Below are positions 7,892 to 19,800 of a DNA stretch of 64,000 bases, piece by piece. Source of the DNA: an uncultured Gemmatimonadales bacterium (lineage in GTDB: Bacteria > Gemmatimonadota > Gemmatimonadetes > Longimicrobiales > Longimicrobiaceae); NCBI GenBank assembly GCA_963716255.1, contig OY970303.1, positions 7,328,001 through 7,392,000 of the forward strand. Direction: 5' to 3'. A program made the translations under genes and the position numbers. Below the pieces are notes generated by a model. It did not search any database, was not told where the DNA came from, and saw only the letters and a list, made by a program, of their open reading frames with translations. Numbering within the stretch: the stretch's first letter is position 1; every line of letters begins with the position of its first letter.

Positions 7892-10800
7892 ATGATACAC
7901 GCAGCCGTCAGTGCTGCCGCTTCTGCCGCGGACCGGCGTGGGGCCGCCCCCGTAACGGTGGTGGGGATCGGCGCTTCGGCCGGCGGGCTGAAGGCGCTGC
8001 GGCTCTTCTTCGAGAGCGTCCCGGCGGACAGCGGCATGGCGTACGTGGTGATCATGCACCTGGACCGGGAGCGGGAGAGCCGGATCGCCGAGATCCTGCA
8101 GGACCGTGCCTCGGTTCCGGTGACGCAGGTCACCCGGGCCACTGCGGTGGAGGCCAACCGGGTGTACGTCATTCCGCCGGGCTACGACCTGGCCATGCAG
8201 GGAGCCACCATCCGCGTCCTCGAGCGCGGGGACGGGCCGCGGCACGAGCCGGTGGACCTCCTGTTCCGCACGCTCGCCGACGCGTACGGGGCGAACGCGG
8301 TCGGCGTGGTGCTCTCCGGCACCGGCACGGACGGCACGCCCGGGATCCGGTTCATCAAGGAGGCCGGCGGCATCACGGTGGCGCAGCTGCCCGAGGAGGC
8401 CGAGTACGACGGGATGCCCGCGAGCGCGATCGCCACGGGGCAGGTGGACCTGGTGCTGCCGTCCTCCAGGATCCCGGCCGAGCTGATCCGCCTGCGCCGG
8501 ATGCCCTCGCCGCTCCCCGAGGGCGCGCCCCCGGCGGACATCGAGGCCCGGCTGGCGCAGGTCTTCACGGTGCTGCGGGGAAGGACGCGCCACGACTTCA
8601 GCCTGTACAAGCGGTCCACGGTGCTGCGCCGCCTGGAGCGGCGGCTCAAGTTCAACGGGGTCGACGCCCTGGAGGACTATCTCCCGTTGCTGCGGGAGAG
8701 CGAGACGGAGGCCGGCGCGCTCGTGCGCGACCTGCTGATCTCGGTGAGCGCCTTCTTCCGGGATCCGGAAGCGTTCGCGGCGCTGGCCGGGGTCGTCCCG
8801 GCGCTCTTCGACGGCAAGGGCCCGGAGGACGCCGTGCGCGTGTGGGTGCCGGGGTGCGCCACGGGCGAGGAGCCCTACTCCCTCGCCATCCTGCTGGACG
8901 AGCACGCGGCCACCCTGGAGCATCCGCCGCAGGTCCAGATCTTCGCCACCGACATCGACGAGAAGGGCTACGCCTGGGGGCGCGAGGCCCTCTACCCCGC
9001 CTCGGCGGTCGCGGAGATCCCGCCCGAGCGGCTCCAGCGCTACTTCACCCAGGAAGCGGGGGGGTACCGCGTCCGGAAGCAGCTGCGGGAAAGGGTGCTC
9101 TTCGCCGTCCACAACGTGCTCCGGGACCCGCCCTTCTCGCGGCTCGACCTGGTCAGCTGCCGCAACCTCCTCATCTACCTGCAGGCGGAGGCCCAGGAAC
9201 GCGTGATGGAGACCTTCCATTACGCGCTGCGGCCGGGCGGGCTGCTCTTTTTGGGCGCCTCCGAGTCGGCTGGCGGGGAAGGGCTGTTCGCGCCCGTCGC
9301 AGGGCCGCAGCGGATCTTCCGGCGCGACGCCGCCCGGCACCGGACACTGCCGAGGCATTCGGCCGCGGACCCACTGCCCACGGCCGCCGGACTGGCGTCC
9401 CGCGTGGAGGGAGACCGCTCCCGGCAGGGCTTCTCCTTCGGGGCGCTCCACCTGCGCATGCTGGAAGCCTACGCTCCGCCCAGCCTGGTCGTGAACGAGC
9501 GGCTGGAGGTGGTCCACCTCTCGGGCCGGGCCGGCCGATACCTGAACCTGGCCGAGGGGGAGCCGAGCCACAACCTCGTCGACCTGACGCGGGGCGACCT
9601 GCGGATGGAGCTGCGCGCGGCGCTCCACCGGGCCTTCCAGCTGGGGATCCCGACGGTCCGCGACGTCCGCTTCGACGGCGACGGCGGCCGCGTGGTGAGC
9701 CTGCAGGTGCACCCGTCCGCGGTCGGCGAGGGAGCGGAAAGGTTCGCCCTGGTGGTGTTCGAGGAGCAGGCGAGGATCGAAGCGGAGGTGGAGGAGGTGG
9801 AAGAGCCGGACGGCGCAGTCCCGGGGCGCGGCGTCGCCCGCCTGGAGGAGGAGCTGCGCCGGGCCAAGGACCGGCTCGAGTCGGTCAGCGCGGCCGGCGA
9901 CCGGACCGTGGAGGAGCTGCAGTCGGCCAACGAGGAGCTGCGGTCCATCAACGAGGAGCAGAAGGCCGCCTCGGAAGAGCTGGAGACCAGCCGCGAGGAG
10001 ATCCAGTCCATCAACGAAGAGCTCATCACCGTCAACCAGGAGCACCAGGCGACGATCGAGGAGCTGAAGCGGACCAACGCCGATCTCCAGAACCTGATCG
10101 AGTCCACGGAGATCGGCACCATCTTCGTCGACCGCGCGATGCGCATCCGGCGCTACACCCCCGCTGCGGGCGCGCTCTTCAACTTCGTCGCCACGGACCG
10201 GGGCCGCCCCCTCGCCCACATCACCCACCGGCTGGACTACGCCGGGCTGGTGGGGGACGTGGAGAGCGTGCTCGCCTCGCTGGAGCGGGTCGAGCGCGAG
10301 GTGTCCAGCGCGGCCGGCGGGTGGTACGCCGTCCGCATCAGCCCGTACCGCTCCCCCGAAGGAGGCATCGACGGCGCCGTCCTGACCTTCTTCGACGTCA
10401 CCGCGCGGAAGCGCATGGAAGAGGAGCTGCGCGAGGCGAAGGCCGCGGCCGAATCGGCCAACCTGGCGAAGGGAACGTTCCTGGCCACACTCTCGCACGA
10501 GTTCCGCACCCCGCTCACCGGGATGCTGATCTACGCCGACCTCCTTTCCCGGCACGGGCCGCTCACCCCCGTGCAGCAGCGGCACATCGAGCTGATCCGG
10601 AGCGGGGGGTGGCACCTCGCGTCCATGATCGAGGAGATCGTCGCCTTCGCCAAGCTGGACGAGGGGCGCGAGTCCGTCCGCTGGGAGCGGACCGACGCCC
10701 GGGAGACCGCGCGGCAGGCGCATGCGCTGGTGCATCCGCTGGCGGAGGCGAAGGGCCTCGCGTTCGCGCTGGACCTCCCCGACCGGGCCGTGGAGCTGGC

Positions 10801-11155
10801 GACGGACGGCGCCAAGCTCCGCCAGGTCCTGGTCAACCTGTGCGGCAACGCGGTGAAGTACACCGGGCGCGGGGAGATCCGGCTCGGCCTGCGGGAGGAC
10901 GGCGAGTGCGTGGTCTTCGAGGTCGGCGACACCGGCATCGGCATCGCTCCCGAGCACCAGGCGCGGATCTTCGACCGGTTCTGGCGGGTGGACGGCGCCG
11001 CGGCCGACGGCGCCGGGGGGATGGGGATCGGGCTGGCGGCGGCGCGGGAGTTCAGCCGCCTGCTGGGCGGGGAGGTGGAGGTGGAGAGCGAGCCGGGGCG
11101 CGGGAGCACCTTCCGCGTCCGGCTGCCCCGTACCGGAGGCGACGACCCATGCTGA
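7892..11155 (+). CDS. CheB methylesterase-CheR methyltransferase-PAS-coiled coil-histidine kinase fusion
   Basis: [12 protein letters not shown] and LSGTGTDG (CheB Ser/His/Asp); [20 protein letters not shown] and CRNLLIYL (CheR); [10 protein letters not shown] coiled coil; SHEFRTPL H-box and HATPase boxes. Confidence 0.92.
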   Translation: MIHAAVSAAASAADRRGAAPVTVVGIGASAGGLKALRLFFESVPADSGMAYVVIMHLDRERESRIAEILQDRASVPVTQVTRATAVEANRVYVIPPGYDLAMQGATIRVLERGDGPRHEPVDLLFRTLADAYGANAVGVVLSGTGTDGTPGIRFIKEAGGITVAQLPEEAEYDGMPASAIATGQVDLVLPSSRIPAELIRLRRMPSPLPEGAPPADIEARLAQVFTVLRGRTRHDFSLYKRSTVLRRLERRLKFNGVDALEDYLPLLRESETEAGALVRDLLISVSAFFRDPEAFAALAGVVPALFDGKGPEDAVRVWVPGCATGEEPYSLAILLDEHAATLEHPPQVQIFATDIDEKGYAWGREALYPASAVAEIPPERLQRYFTQEAGGYRVRKQLRERVLFAVHNVLRDPPFSRLDLVSCRNLLIYLQAEAQERVMETFHYALRPGGLLFLGASESAGGEGLFAPVAGPQRIFRRDAARHRTLPRHSAADPLPTAAGLASRVEGDRSRQGFSFGALHLRMLEAYAPPSLVVNERLEVVHLSGRAGRYLNLAEGEPSHNLVDLTRGDLRMELRAALHRAFQLGIPTVRDVRFDGDGGRVVSLQVHPSAVGEGAERFALVVFEEQARIEAEVEEVEEPDGAVPGRGVARLEEELRRAKDRLESVSAAGDRTVEELQSANEELRSINEEQKAASEELETSREEIQSINEELITVNQEHQATIEELKRTNADLQNLIESTEIGTIFVDRAMRIRRYTPAAGALFNFVATDRGRPLAHITHRLDYAGLVGDVESVLASLERVEREVSSAAGGWYAVRISPYRSPEGGIDGAVLTFFDVTARKRMEEELREAKAAAESANLAKGTFLATLSHEFRTPLTGMLIYADLLSRHGPLTPVQQRHIELIRSGGWHLASMIEEIVAFAKLDEGRESVRWERTDARETARQAHALVHPLAEAKGLAFALDLPDRAVELATDGAKLRQVLVNLCGNAVKYTGRGEIRLGLREDGECVVFEVGDTGIGIAPEHQARIFDRFWRVDGAAADGAGGMGIGLAAAREFSRLLGGEVEVESEPGRGSTFRVRLPRTGGDDPC

Positions 11156-13545
11156 AGCGGAACCCGCGGGCCGAGGAGATCGAGACGTACGCCCGCGACA
11201 TCGTGGAGACGGTGCGCGAGCCGCTCCTGATGCTCGACACGTCGCTGCGGGTGCGGAGCGCCAACCGCGCCTTCTACCACACGTTCCGGGTCTCGTCCGG
11301 GGAGACCGAGAACCGCCTGATCTACGAGCTGGGCAACGGCCAGTGGGACATCCCCGCCCTGCGCACGCTCCTGGAGGACGTGATCCGCACCAGCTCCGTG
11401 TTCAACGACTTCGAGCTGGAGCACGACTTTCCCACCATCGGCCGGCGGGTGATGCTGCTCAACGCGCGCAGGCTGCGTCCGGGGCGCCACGCCGAGCTGC
11501 TGGTGCTGGCCATGGAGGACGTGACGGAGCGGCGGCGCGCCGAGGCGGACCTCAAGGCCATCGAGACGTACGCGCAGGACATCGTGGACACGGTGCGCAA
11601 GCCGCTCCTGATCCTGGACCCGGCGCTGCGCGTGCGGAGCGCCAACCGCGCCTTCTACCAGACCTTCCAGGTGTCGGCCGCCGAAACCGAGGACCGCCTG
11701 ATCTACGAGCTGGGCAACGGCCAGTGGGACATCCCGGCGCTGCGCACCCTCCTGGAGGACATCATCCCCGCGAGCTCGGTGTTCAACGACTTCGAGCTGG
11801 AGCACGACTTCCCGGCCATCGGGCGGCGCGTGATGCTGCTCAACGCCCGCCGGCTGCAGGCGGGGCACCACGGGGAGCTGCTGGTGCTTGCGCTGGAGGA
11901 CGTGACGGAGCGGCGGCGCGCCGAGGAGGAGGTGGCCAAGGCCCGCGAGGCGGCCGAAACCGCCAACCGCACCAAGAGCCTGTTCCTGGCCAACATGAGC
12001 CACGAGCTGCGCACCCCGCTCAACGCCATCCTGGGCTATTCCGAGATGCTGCGCGAGGAGGCCGAGGAGCGGGGACTCGACGACTTCGTGCCCGACCTCG
12101 ACAAGATCGGCGCCGCCGGCAAGCACCTGCTGGCGCTCATCAACGACATCCTGGACCTGTCCAAGATCGAGGCCGGCAAGATGGAGATGTACCTGGAGAG
12201 CTTCGACGTGGCGGGGATGATCGACGAGGTCGCGGCCACCATCCGCCCGATGGTGGAGGCGAACGCCAACGCGCTGCACATCGTGCTCGCGCCGGACCTG
12301 GGCGCCATGCACGCCGACCAGATGAAGGTGCGCCAGGCCCTGTTCAACCTGCTGTCCAACGCCGGCAAGTTCACCCGGGACGGCCGCATCACCGTGGACG
12401 CGGGCCGCGAGCGCATGGACGGGACCGAGTGGATCGTGTTCCGGGTGGCCGACACCGGCATCGGCATGAGCCCCGGGCAGCTCGTCAAGCTGTTCCAGGA
12501 CTTCACCCAGGCCGACGCGTCCACCACGCGCAGGTTCGGCGGCACCGGCCTGGGGCTGGCCCTCACGCGGCGCTTCTGCCAGATGATGGGGGGCAACGTG
12601 ACCGTGCACAGCATGCCGGACGAGGGGAGCGTCTTCACCGTCAAGCTCCCCGCCAGGGTCCGCGAGGCGAGCCCCGGATTTGCCTCCCCGGGCGACGGTG
12701 CCGACCCTGCTTCCCCGGACGGCAACGCCGCGGACGGGAGCGAGCCGCTGCCGTCCGCGGGGAGCTGCGTGCTGGTGATCGACGACGACCCGGTGCAGCG
12801 CGACCTGATGCAGCGCTTCCTGGGCAGGGAGGGCTTCCAGGTGCTCGCCGCGGCCGGGGGGGAGGACGGGCTCCGCCTCGCGCGGCAGGTGCAGCCCGCC
12901 GCCATCACCCTGGACGTGATGATGCCGGGCATGAACGGCTGGAGCGTGCTCGCCGCGCTCAAGGCGGACGCGGCTCTGCGCCACATCCCCGTGGTCATGC
13001 TCACCATGGTGGACGACCCGGAGCGGGGCCTCGCGCTGGGCGCCGCCGAGTACACCACCAAGCCGGTGGACCGCGGGCGCCTGTCGCGCCTGCTCAGGAA
13101 GTACACCTGCCTGAACCCGCCCTGCCCGGTCCTGGTGGTGGACGGCGACGACGCGGCGCGCGCCATGACGCGCGCCATCCTGGAAAGGCGAGGGTGGAAG
13201 GTCAGCGAGGCCCCGAACGGGCGCGTGGCCCTGGAGTGCATGGAGCGGGAGCGCCCCCGGCTGATCCTGCTGGACCTGGTGATGCCGGAGATGGACGGCT
13301 TCGAGTTCGCGGACCGGGTGCGCCGCCACCCCGAGTGGCGCTCGATCCCCATCGTGGTGGTGACCTCCCGCGACGTGACCGGTGAGGAAAGGCTGCGGCT
13401 GAACGGCTACGTGGAGACGGTTCTCAAAAAGGCCGGCGACTCGCCCGAGGCGCTGCTCCACCAGGTGAGCGGCCTGCTGGGGGACTACGGCGCCCCGCGC
13501 GCCCTGACCACGAGAAAGGGAGACAGGCGCGCGGTCCCCGCGTGA
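11149..13545 (+). CDS. Hybrid histidine kinase PAS-PAS-HisKA-HATPase-REC-REC
   Basis: Two near-identical PAS units ([10 protein letters not shown]...[10 protein letters not shown]...[10 protein letters not shown]); [20 protein letters not shown]; two receivers (VLVIDDD...LDVMMP and VLVVDGD...LDLVMP). GGAGG before the ATG at 11149. Confidence 0.92.
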   Translation: MLKRNPRAEEIETYARDIVETVREPLLMLDTSLRVRSANRAFYHTFRVSSGETENRLIYELGNGQWDIPALRTLLEDVIRTSSVFNDFELEHDFPTIGRRVMLLNARRLRPGRHAELLVLAMEDVTERRRAEADLKAIETYAQDIVDTVRKPLLILDPALRVRSANRAFYQTFQVSAAETEDRLIYELGNGQWDIPALRTLLEDIIPASSVFNDFELEHDFPAIGRRVMLLNARRLQAGHHGELLVLALEDVTERRRAEEEVAKAREAAETANRTKSLFLANMSHELRTPLNAILGYSEMLREEAEERGLDDFVPDLDKIGAAGKHLLALINDILDLSKIEAGKMEMYLESFDVAGMIDEVAATIRPMVEANANALHIVLAPDLGAMHADQMKVRQALFNLLSNAGKFTRDGRITVDAGRERMDGTEWIVFRVADTGIGMSPGQLVKLFQDFTQADASTTRRFGGTGLGLALTRRFCQMMGGNVTVHSMPDEGSVFTVKLPARVREASPGFASPGDGADPASPDGNAADGSEPLPSAGSCVLVIDDDPVQRDLMQRFLGREGFQVLAAAGGEDGLRLARQVQPAAITLDVMMPGMNGWSVLAALKADAALRHIPVVMLTMVDDPERGLALGAAEYTTKPVDRGRLSRLLRKYTCLNPPCPVLVVDGDDAARAMTRAILERRGWKVSEAPNGRVALECMERERPRLILLDLVMPEMDGFEFADRVRRHPEWRSIPIVVVTSRDVTGEERLRLNGYVETVLKKAGDSPEALLHQVSGLLGDYGAPRALTTRKGDRRAVPA
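11179..11926 (+). repeat. Intragenic tandem duplication, 381-bp period (PAS domain)
   Basis: ATCGAGACGTACGC starts at both 11179 and 11560; long identical blocks such as CTGATCTACGAGCTGGGCAACGGCCAGTGGGACATCCC occur in both units. Confidence 0.9.
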
Positions 13546-13562
13546 GCGCCCGTCGAGACACC

Positions 13563-13967
13563 ATGCCCAAGATCCTGCTGGTGGAGGACAACGAGATGAA
13601 CCGCGACATGCTCTCGCGGCGGCTGGAGCGCAAGGGCTACCAGGTCGTGCTGGCCGTGGACGGCCAGGGCGGGGTGGAAGCGGCCCTCGCCCAGGCGCCC
13701 GACCTGGTGCTGATGGACATGAGCCTGCCCGTGCTCGACGGCTGGGAGGCTACCCGCCGCCTCAAGGCGGCGCCCGCCACCCGGCACATCCCCGTCATCG
13801 CGCTGACGGCGCACGCCATGTCCAGCGACCGCGGCAAGGCCCTGGAAGCCGGCTGCGACGACTACGACACCAAGCCCGTGGAGCTGCCGCGTCTGCTGGG
13901 AAAGATCGAGGCGCTGCTGGGCGGAGCCGCCGGCGGAGCGGGCTCCGCCAGGGAGCCGGCACCGTGA
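13563..13967 (+). CDS. Single-domain response regulator (DivK-like)
   Basis: KILLVEDNEMNRDML...DLVLMDMSLP...TAHAM...GCDDYDTKP; alternative GTG start at 13542. Confidence 0.92.
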   Translation: MPKILLVEDNEMNRDMLSRRLERKGYQVVLAVDGQGGVEAALAQAPDLVLMDMSLPVLDGWEATRRLKAAPATRHIPVIALTAHAMSSDRGKALEAGCDDYDTKPVELPRLLGKIEALLGGAAGGAGSAREPAP

Positions 13968-14239
13968 CCGGCCCGCCCGCCGGCGATGCCGGGGAGCGGC
14001 ACGAGCTCCCCGCGGAGCTGATCCACGACCTGCGCACGCCCCTGGGCCAGATCATCGGCTACGCCGAGCTGCTGGTGGAGCGGGCCCAGGAAGCGGGCGA
14101 CGAGGGCATCGTCCCCGACCTGCAGAAGATCAGCGCGGCGGGCTACCGGATCCTGGGGCTCATCGAGAGCCGCTTCGCCGCGGTCCGCGACCCGGGCGCG
14201 GGCGGACCCGCCGCGCCAGCCGAGCGAAAGGGGCACTGA
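13964..14239 (+). CDS. Stand-alone HisKA (DHp) protein, 91 aa
   Basis: LIHDLRTPLGQIIGYAELL...DLQKISAAGYRILGLIE; no ATPase domain; overlaps both neighbouring genes at start and stop. Confidence 0.8.
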   Translation: MTGPPAGDAGERHELPAELIHDLRTPLGQIIGYAELLVERAQEAGDEGIVPDLQKISAAGYRILGLIESRFAAVRDPGAGGPAAPAERKGH

Positions 14240-15372
14240 TGCGACTCCCGGACTTCATCGTGGCGAACCGCGAGCCCATCCTCGTCGAGTGGGAGGCCTT
14301 CGCGCGGACGTGCACCCCGGCCAGCGCGCCCATGGACATCCCGGCGCTGCGCGACCACGCCGACGCGATGCTGACGGCGATCGCCGCGGACCTGCGGACG
14401 CCGCAGGGAGGGCACGCGCAGTCGGAGAAGTCCAAGGGCATGGCGCCGGACGCCGGCGGGGAGGACACGGCGGCCGAGGAGCACGGGGCGGGGCGGGCCG
14501 CGAGCGGTTTCACCGTGGAGCAGATGGTGGCCGAGTACCGGGCCCTGCGCGCCAGCGTGCTCCGCCTCTGGGCGAAGTCGGAGGGAGGGCTCACGTCCGA
14601 GGACCTGGACGACCTGACGCGATTCAACGAGGCGATCGACCAGTCGCTCGCGGAGTCGGTGTCGCGCTACGGCCAGAACCTGGACCAGTCCAAGGACATG
14701 TTCCTGGCGATCCTGGGCCACGACCTGCGGACGCCGCTCGCCGCCATCTACACCTCGGCGAGGTTCATGCTCGACACGGGGGAGCTGCGCGAGCCGCACC
14801 TGACGCTCACCTCCCGCATCGCCGGAAGCTCCACCCGCATGGTGCAGATGGTGGGCGACCTGCTGGACTTCACGCGCGGCCGCCTGGGCGGAGGCATCCC
14901 GATCGTGCGCACCGGGCTGAACATGCGCAAAGTGGTGCACGACGTGGTGGACGAGATCGCGGCGGCGCACCCGGACCGCGCGATCCAGGTGGAAGCGCGC
15001 GGCAAGCACCGGGGCGAGTGGGACTGCGCGCGGATCAGCCAGGCGCTCACCAACCTGATCGGCAACGCGCTGGAGCACGGCTCGGAGGGAACGACGGTCA
15101 CGGTTGAGCTGCGCGGCGACGACGAGGGAGTGGCCGTCGCGGTGCACAACCGCGGGCCCGCCATCCCCGCCGACCGGCTGGACGGGCTCTTCAACCCCAT
15201 GAAGGTCCGGGAAAGGTCGGACGGGGCGAGGGCCGGCGGCCCGTCCGGGAACCTGGGCCTGGGGCTCTACATCGCCGAGCTGATCGTGTCGGCGCACAAG
15301 GGGAGGATCGAGGTGGAGACATCGGAGGTGGAGGGCACCACCTTCACCCTCCACCTGCCGAGCCGCGGCTGA
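14239..15372 (+). CDS. Histidine kinase with RsbRD_N-like N-terminal domain
   Basis: MRLPDFI...ILVEWEAFA...HGAGRAASGFTVEQMVAEYRALRASVL; LGHDLRTPL; NLIGNALEH; LGLGLYI. Confidence 0.9.
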   Translation: MRLPDFIVANREPILVEWEAFARTCTPASAPMDIPALRDHADAMLTAIAADLRTPQGGHAQSEKSKGMAPDAGGEDTAAEEHGAGRAASGFTVEQMVAEYRALRASVLRLWAKSEGGLTSEDLDDLTRFNEAIDQSLAESVSRYGQNLDQSKDMFLAILGHDLRTPLAAIYTSARFMLDTGELREPHLTLTSRIAGSSTRMVQMVGDLLDFTRGRLGGGIPIVRTGLNMRKVVHDVVDEIAAAHPDRAIQVEARGKHRGEWDCARISQALTNLIGNALEHGSEGTTVTVELRGDDEGVAVAVHNRGPAIPADRLDGLFNPMKVRERSDGARAGGPSGNLGLGLYIAELIVSAHKGRIEVETSEVEGTTFTLHLPSRG

Positions 15373-15466
15373 GCGCGCGGCTTCCCCGGCCGCCCGGGAG
15401 GCCGGCCGCCGCACCGTCTTCTCCCGACGCTCCCATCTCCATTGACTCCGTCCCCGCGAGGTCCCA

Positions 15467-15765
15467 TGGCCGTGTTCTGGACGCGTACGCGAAGGTACAT
15501 GGCCGTGCTGTGGCTGGGCACGCTCGCCGTGGAAGCGGTGGTCCTCGAGATGGCGAAGCGAACGAACAACTCGTGGGTGCTCGTGCTGGGCGCCGCGCTC
15601 CTCCTGGTGCCGCTCGCGGCGATGGAAAGGACCCGCGACTGGTTCGGCAGGGCGCCGCGCAAGCGGTGGAAGCGCCACGACGTGGAGGACGCGGCGCGCG
15701 CCGCGGCCCGGGAGGGGAGACCGCCCCCGGATCCGCCGGGGCCGCGCAGCGGGGGGTGGGCGTGA
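15467..15765 (+). CDS. Small hypothetical membrane protein
   Basis: Two hydrophobic segments; GAGG before the ATG at 15467; start uncertain. Confidence 0.5.
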
Positions 15766-15844
15766 TGCGCGCCGCCGGCCGGCACGATCGAAGAATGCGC
15801 GCGGCCTGTCCGGCCGCGCTCCCCCTCACCTGCGGGGTAGTTGT

Positions 15845-16720
15845 ATGAACGAGCGCACGACCAGGCTGGTCGCGGGGGTAGGCTCCCTGGGTGAGATGGA
15901 CCCCGTGATCCCCGCGGCCGCCGCCCTCGCGGAGCGCGCGGGGCTCCCGCTGGAGCTGGTCCACGCCTTCGACCTTTCCGACCCCTTCGTGGCGAGCTAC
16001 CTCGCCACCTCCACCATTCCCGGCGACCCGCTGCTGCACTATTCCGAGGGCCTCCAGGCGCGCCTGGAGGGGCAGGTCGGCGGCCTGGCCGGGCACGGCG
16101 AGGTGCACTGCCGCGCGGTGGGGGGGGCCGCTCCGGCGGTGCTGGGCGATGCCGCCTGCGCCACCGGCTGTCTGCTGGTGGTGGGCCCCACGCGCCACGG
16201 GCGCGTGGGGGCGGCGCTCCTGGGCACCACCGCGCAGCGTGTGCTCCACGGCGCCCGCATCCCCGTCCTGGTGCTGCGGGGCGAGCTTTCGCCCTCCCCC
16301 CGCGTCCTGTTCTGCGTGGACCTGGCCTCGCCGCACGCGGCAGCGACGGTGGAGCAGGGGCTCGCGGCCGTGGAGGCCCTCTGCCCCGGGGGACCGGTGG
16401 AGGCGCGCGTCCTCCTGGTGGTGGGGCTGGAAACGGAGCTTCCCATCCCCGGCCTGCACGACCGGCTCGCCGCCGCCGCGCGCGAGCGGCTGGATGCCTT
16501 TGCCGGAGGGCTTCCGCCGGGCGCGCGGCTGGAGCCGCGGGTCCGCACCGGCGCGCCGGCCCGCGAGGCCGTCGCCGAGGCCGCGGAGTGGCCGGCGGAG
16601 CTGATCGTGGTGGGGACCCACGGGCGCGCCGGAGCGGCGCGGGCGCTCCTGGGGAGCGTGGCCGAGGCGGTGGTGCGCGACGCCTCGTGCAGCGTCCTGG
16701 TGGTGCCGTCGCCGGCCTGA
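15845..16720 (+). CDS. Tandem universal stress protein
   Basis: LLVVGPTRHG...LGTTAQRVL...PVLVL and LIVVGTHGR...LLGSVAEAVVRDASCSVLVV. Confidence 0.9.
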   Translation: MNERTTRLVAGVGSLGEMDPVIPAAAALAERAGLPLELVHAFDLSDPFVASYLATSTIPGDPLLHYSEGLQARLEGQVGGLAGHGEVHCRAVGGAAPAVLGDAACATGCLLVVGPTRHGRVGAALLGTTAQRVLHGARIPVLVLRGELSPSPRVLFCVDLASPHAAATVEQGLAAVEALCPGGPVEARVLLVVGLETELPIPGLHDRLAAAARERLDAFAGGLPPGARLEPRVRTGAPAREAVAEAAEWPAELIVVGTHGRAGAARALLGSVAEAVVRDASCSVLVVPSPA

Positions 16721-16897
16721 CCACGTGTTCGCGGCCACGCCGCGCCGGCCGCTCCTCGCTCCCGCCGGTACCATCCCCGGGAGTGGGGGGTACGGGTCTT
16801 CGAGGCGGACGTCTTCCGAATCCGTCGATCCCCGTCCCCGGCCTCCGGCCCGGGCGCGGGTCCACCGAGCCGATCCGGCTCCTCCGGAAGGACGCAC

Positions 16898-19800
16898 TTG
16901 CCCGATGACGGCTCCACGCTAGCCCCGCTCCGCTTCCTTTCCCGCTTGTCCGCCCGCCCCGGAACCGGGCGGGACGAGCTCCTGTCGGGCCCCATCCGGG
17001 GCGAGCTGCTGGGCGCCGACCAGCTCGCCGACCGCGCCCGCGCCGTCGCCGGCCGGCAGCGCCTCGCCACGCCCGGGACGGGGCGGGGGGAGGCCCCCCT
17101 CCTCGCCCGCCTTTCCGAGACCCGCCGCATCCTGGACGCGACCCACGACCGCCTGGCCGCGGGCGCGGACCGCGACGTGGACGTGGGCCCGGCGGGGGAG
17201 TGGCTGCTGGACAACTTCCACGTGGTGCGGGAGCACATCCGCGAGGTGCGCGAGACGCTGCCGCGCGGCTACTACCGCGAGCTCCCCGAGCTGGCCGGCG
17301 GGCACCTGGCGGGGTACCCGCGCGTCTACGAGCTGGCCATCACCCTGATCTCCCACAGCGAGGGGCGGGTCGACGCCGAGAACCTGGACCGCTTCGTGGA
17401 AGCCTTCCAGGGCGTCGCGCCGCTCGCCATCGGGGAGCTGTGGGCACTGCCGGCCATGCTCCGCCTGGCGCTGATCGAGAGCGTGCGGCGCATGGCGCTG
17501 CGCACGGTGCAGCGCATGGACGAGATCGAGCGGGCCGACGCGTGGGCGGCCCGCATCGAGGACGCCAGCGGGCGGGGGGAGCTCGCCCTGGGCGGGGCGC
17601 TGGACGCCTTCGTGGACGCTCCCCCGCCGCTCACGGCGGTGTTCGTGTCGCGCTTCCTGCACCAGCTGCGCCTGAGCCGCGGCTCGTACCCGCCGCTCGC
17701 GCAGATCGAGCAGTGGATCGGCGACCGGGCCATGGGGGCGGAGGATGCGACCGCGCGCTCCACGCAGCACCTGGCGCACACCCAGGTGATGATGGCGCAC
17801 AGCATCACCAGCCTGCGGGCCATCGCGCACCTGGACTGGCAGGCGTTCGTGGAGCGGCAGAGCGCGATGGAGGCCGTGCTGCGCGGCGACCCGGCAGGCT
17901 TCTACCCGCGGATGACCTTCGCCACGCGCGACCGGTACCGCCACGTGGTGGAGCGCATCGCCCGGCGCACGGGGCTGGCCGAGGAGGCGGTGGCCGCCGC
18001 GGCGGTGGAGCGGGCCCGGGCGGGCGGCGAGGACGGCGACGGGAGCGGGCCGCCGCTGCGCTCCCACGTGGGCTGGCACCTGGTGGACGAGGGTGTGGCC
18101 GCCCTGGAGGCCGCCACCGGCTACCGCTCCCGGCCGGGCGAGGCGCTGCACCGGCTGGTGCTGCGCCACCCCAACCTGGTCTTCGCGGGCGGGGCGGCGG
18201 CCGGCACCCTGGCGGCGCTCGCCGCGGTGCTCTGGCTGGCGGGGCCGCAGGCGCGCGCGGCCTGGCCGCTGGTGCTCCTGCTCGCGCTCGTGCCGGCGGG
18301 CGACATCGCCATCAACGTGGTCAACCAGCTCGTCACCGCGTTCCTCCCTCCGCGCACCCTCCCCAAGCTGGACCTGCGGGTGAAGGGCGGGATCCCCGCC
18401 GAGTTCCGCACGGCCGTGGTCGTCCCCACGCTCTTCGGGAGCGAGGAGGCGGTGCACGAGGCGCTGGACCACCTGGAGGTGCAGTTCCTCGCCAACCGCG
18501 AGTCGCACCTCCACTTCGCGGTGCTGAGCGACTTCACGGACGCGCCCGCGGAAGCGCTCCCCGGCGACGCGGCCATCCTGCGGGCCGCCGTGGACGGCGT
18601 GCGCGCGCTCAACGCGCGCTACGCCGAGGGCGCGGAGGACGCGTTCTACCTGTTCCACCGGGCGCGGCGCTGGAACCCGCGGCAGGGCGTCTGGATGGGG
18701 TGGGAGCGGAAGCGCGGCAAGCTGGCCGAGTTCAACCGCTTCCTGCGCGGCGGGGCGGGGGACGCCTTCGCGGCGGTGGTGGGCGACGTGGCGCCGCTGC
18801 GCGGGGTCCGCTACGTGATCACCCTGGACGCGGACACCGTGCTCCCGCCCGACGCGGCGCCGGAGCTGGTGGGCGCCCTGGCGCACCCCCTGAACCGCGC
18901 CGTGTACGACGCGGAGCGCGGGCACGTGGTGCGCGGCTACGGCATCCTCCAGCCGCGCGTGGGGGTGTCGCTCCCCAGCGCGCACGGGTCGCGCTTCGCG
19001 GCGATCCACTCCGGCCACCCGGGGGTGGACCCGTACACCACCGCCGTTTCCGACGTCTACCAGGACCTGTACGGCGAGGGGAGCTTCACCGGCAAGGGCA
19101 TCTACGACGTGGACGCCTTCGAGCGGGCGACGCACGGCCGCTTCCCGGAGAACACGCTGCTCTCGCACGACCTGATCGAGGGGAGCTACGCCCGCGCGGG
19201 GCTCGCCACCGAGATCAGCGTCTACGACGACTACCCCGCCCGCTACCTCACCCACGCGCGGCGCAAGCACCGCTGGATCCGCGGCGACTGGCAGCTCCTG
19301 CGCTGGCTCACCCCGCGCGTCCCCGGGCCGGACGGCCCGGAGCGGAACCGGCTCCCCTTCCTGGCCCGCTGGAAGATCCTGGACAACCTGCGGCGCAGCA
19401 CGGTGGAGATCGGCCAGCTGGCCTTCCTGGTGGCGGGGTGGACGGTGCTCCCCGGCTCGCCGCTGCGCTGGACGGCGCTGGGGCTCGCGGCGGTGGCCGC
19501 GCCGTGGATCGTGTCGCTCCTGCTGGCCGCGCTGCGCCCCCCGCTGGACAAGTCGTGGCGGGCCTTCTACGCCGCCGTGGGGCGGGACGCGGCCACCAGC
19601 GCGCAGCAGGTGGCGCTGGCGGTCACCTTCCTCCCGCACCAGGCCTGGGTGTCCGCGGACGCCGTCGTCCGCACGCTCTGGCGGCTGTTCGTGACCCGGC
19701 GCTCGCTGCTGGAGTGGCAGACCGCCTCCGGCGCGGAGCGCTCCGTCACGGGCTCTGCGGCCGGGGCGTGGCGGGCCATGGCGCCCGCGCTCGCGGCCGT

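Noticed and set aside
8842..11148. Long N-terminal extensions in the ORF track (8842-13545, 39019-42471, 48302-51451, 50251-52911, 58732-62109, 34964-37546, 32265-35465)
   Set aside because: They overlap other real genes in a different frame; true starts were placed at RBS- or coupling-supported codons.
7892..11155. Chemotaxis operon
   Set aside because: CheB and CheR occur only as a kinase fusion; no MCP, CheA or CheW in the window.
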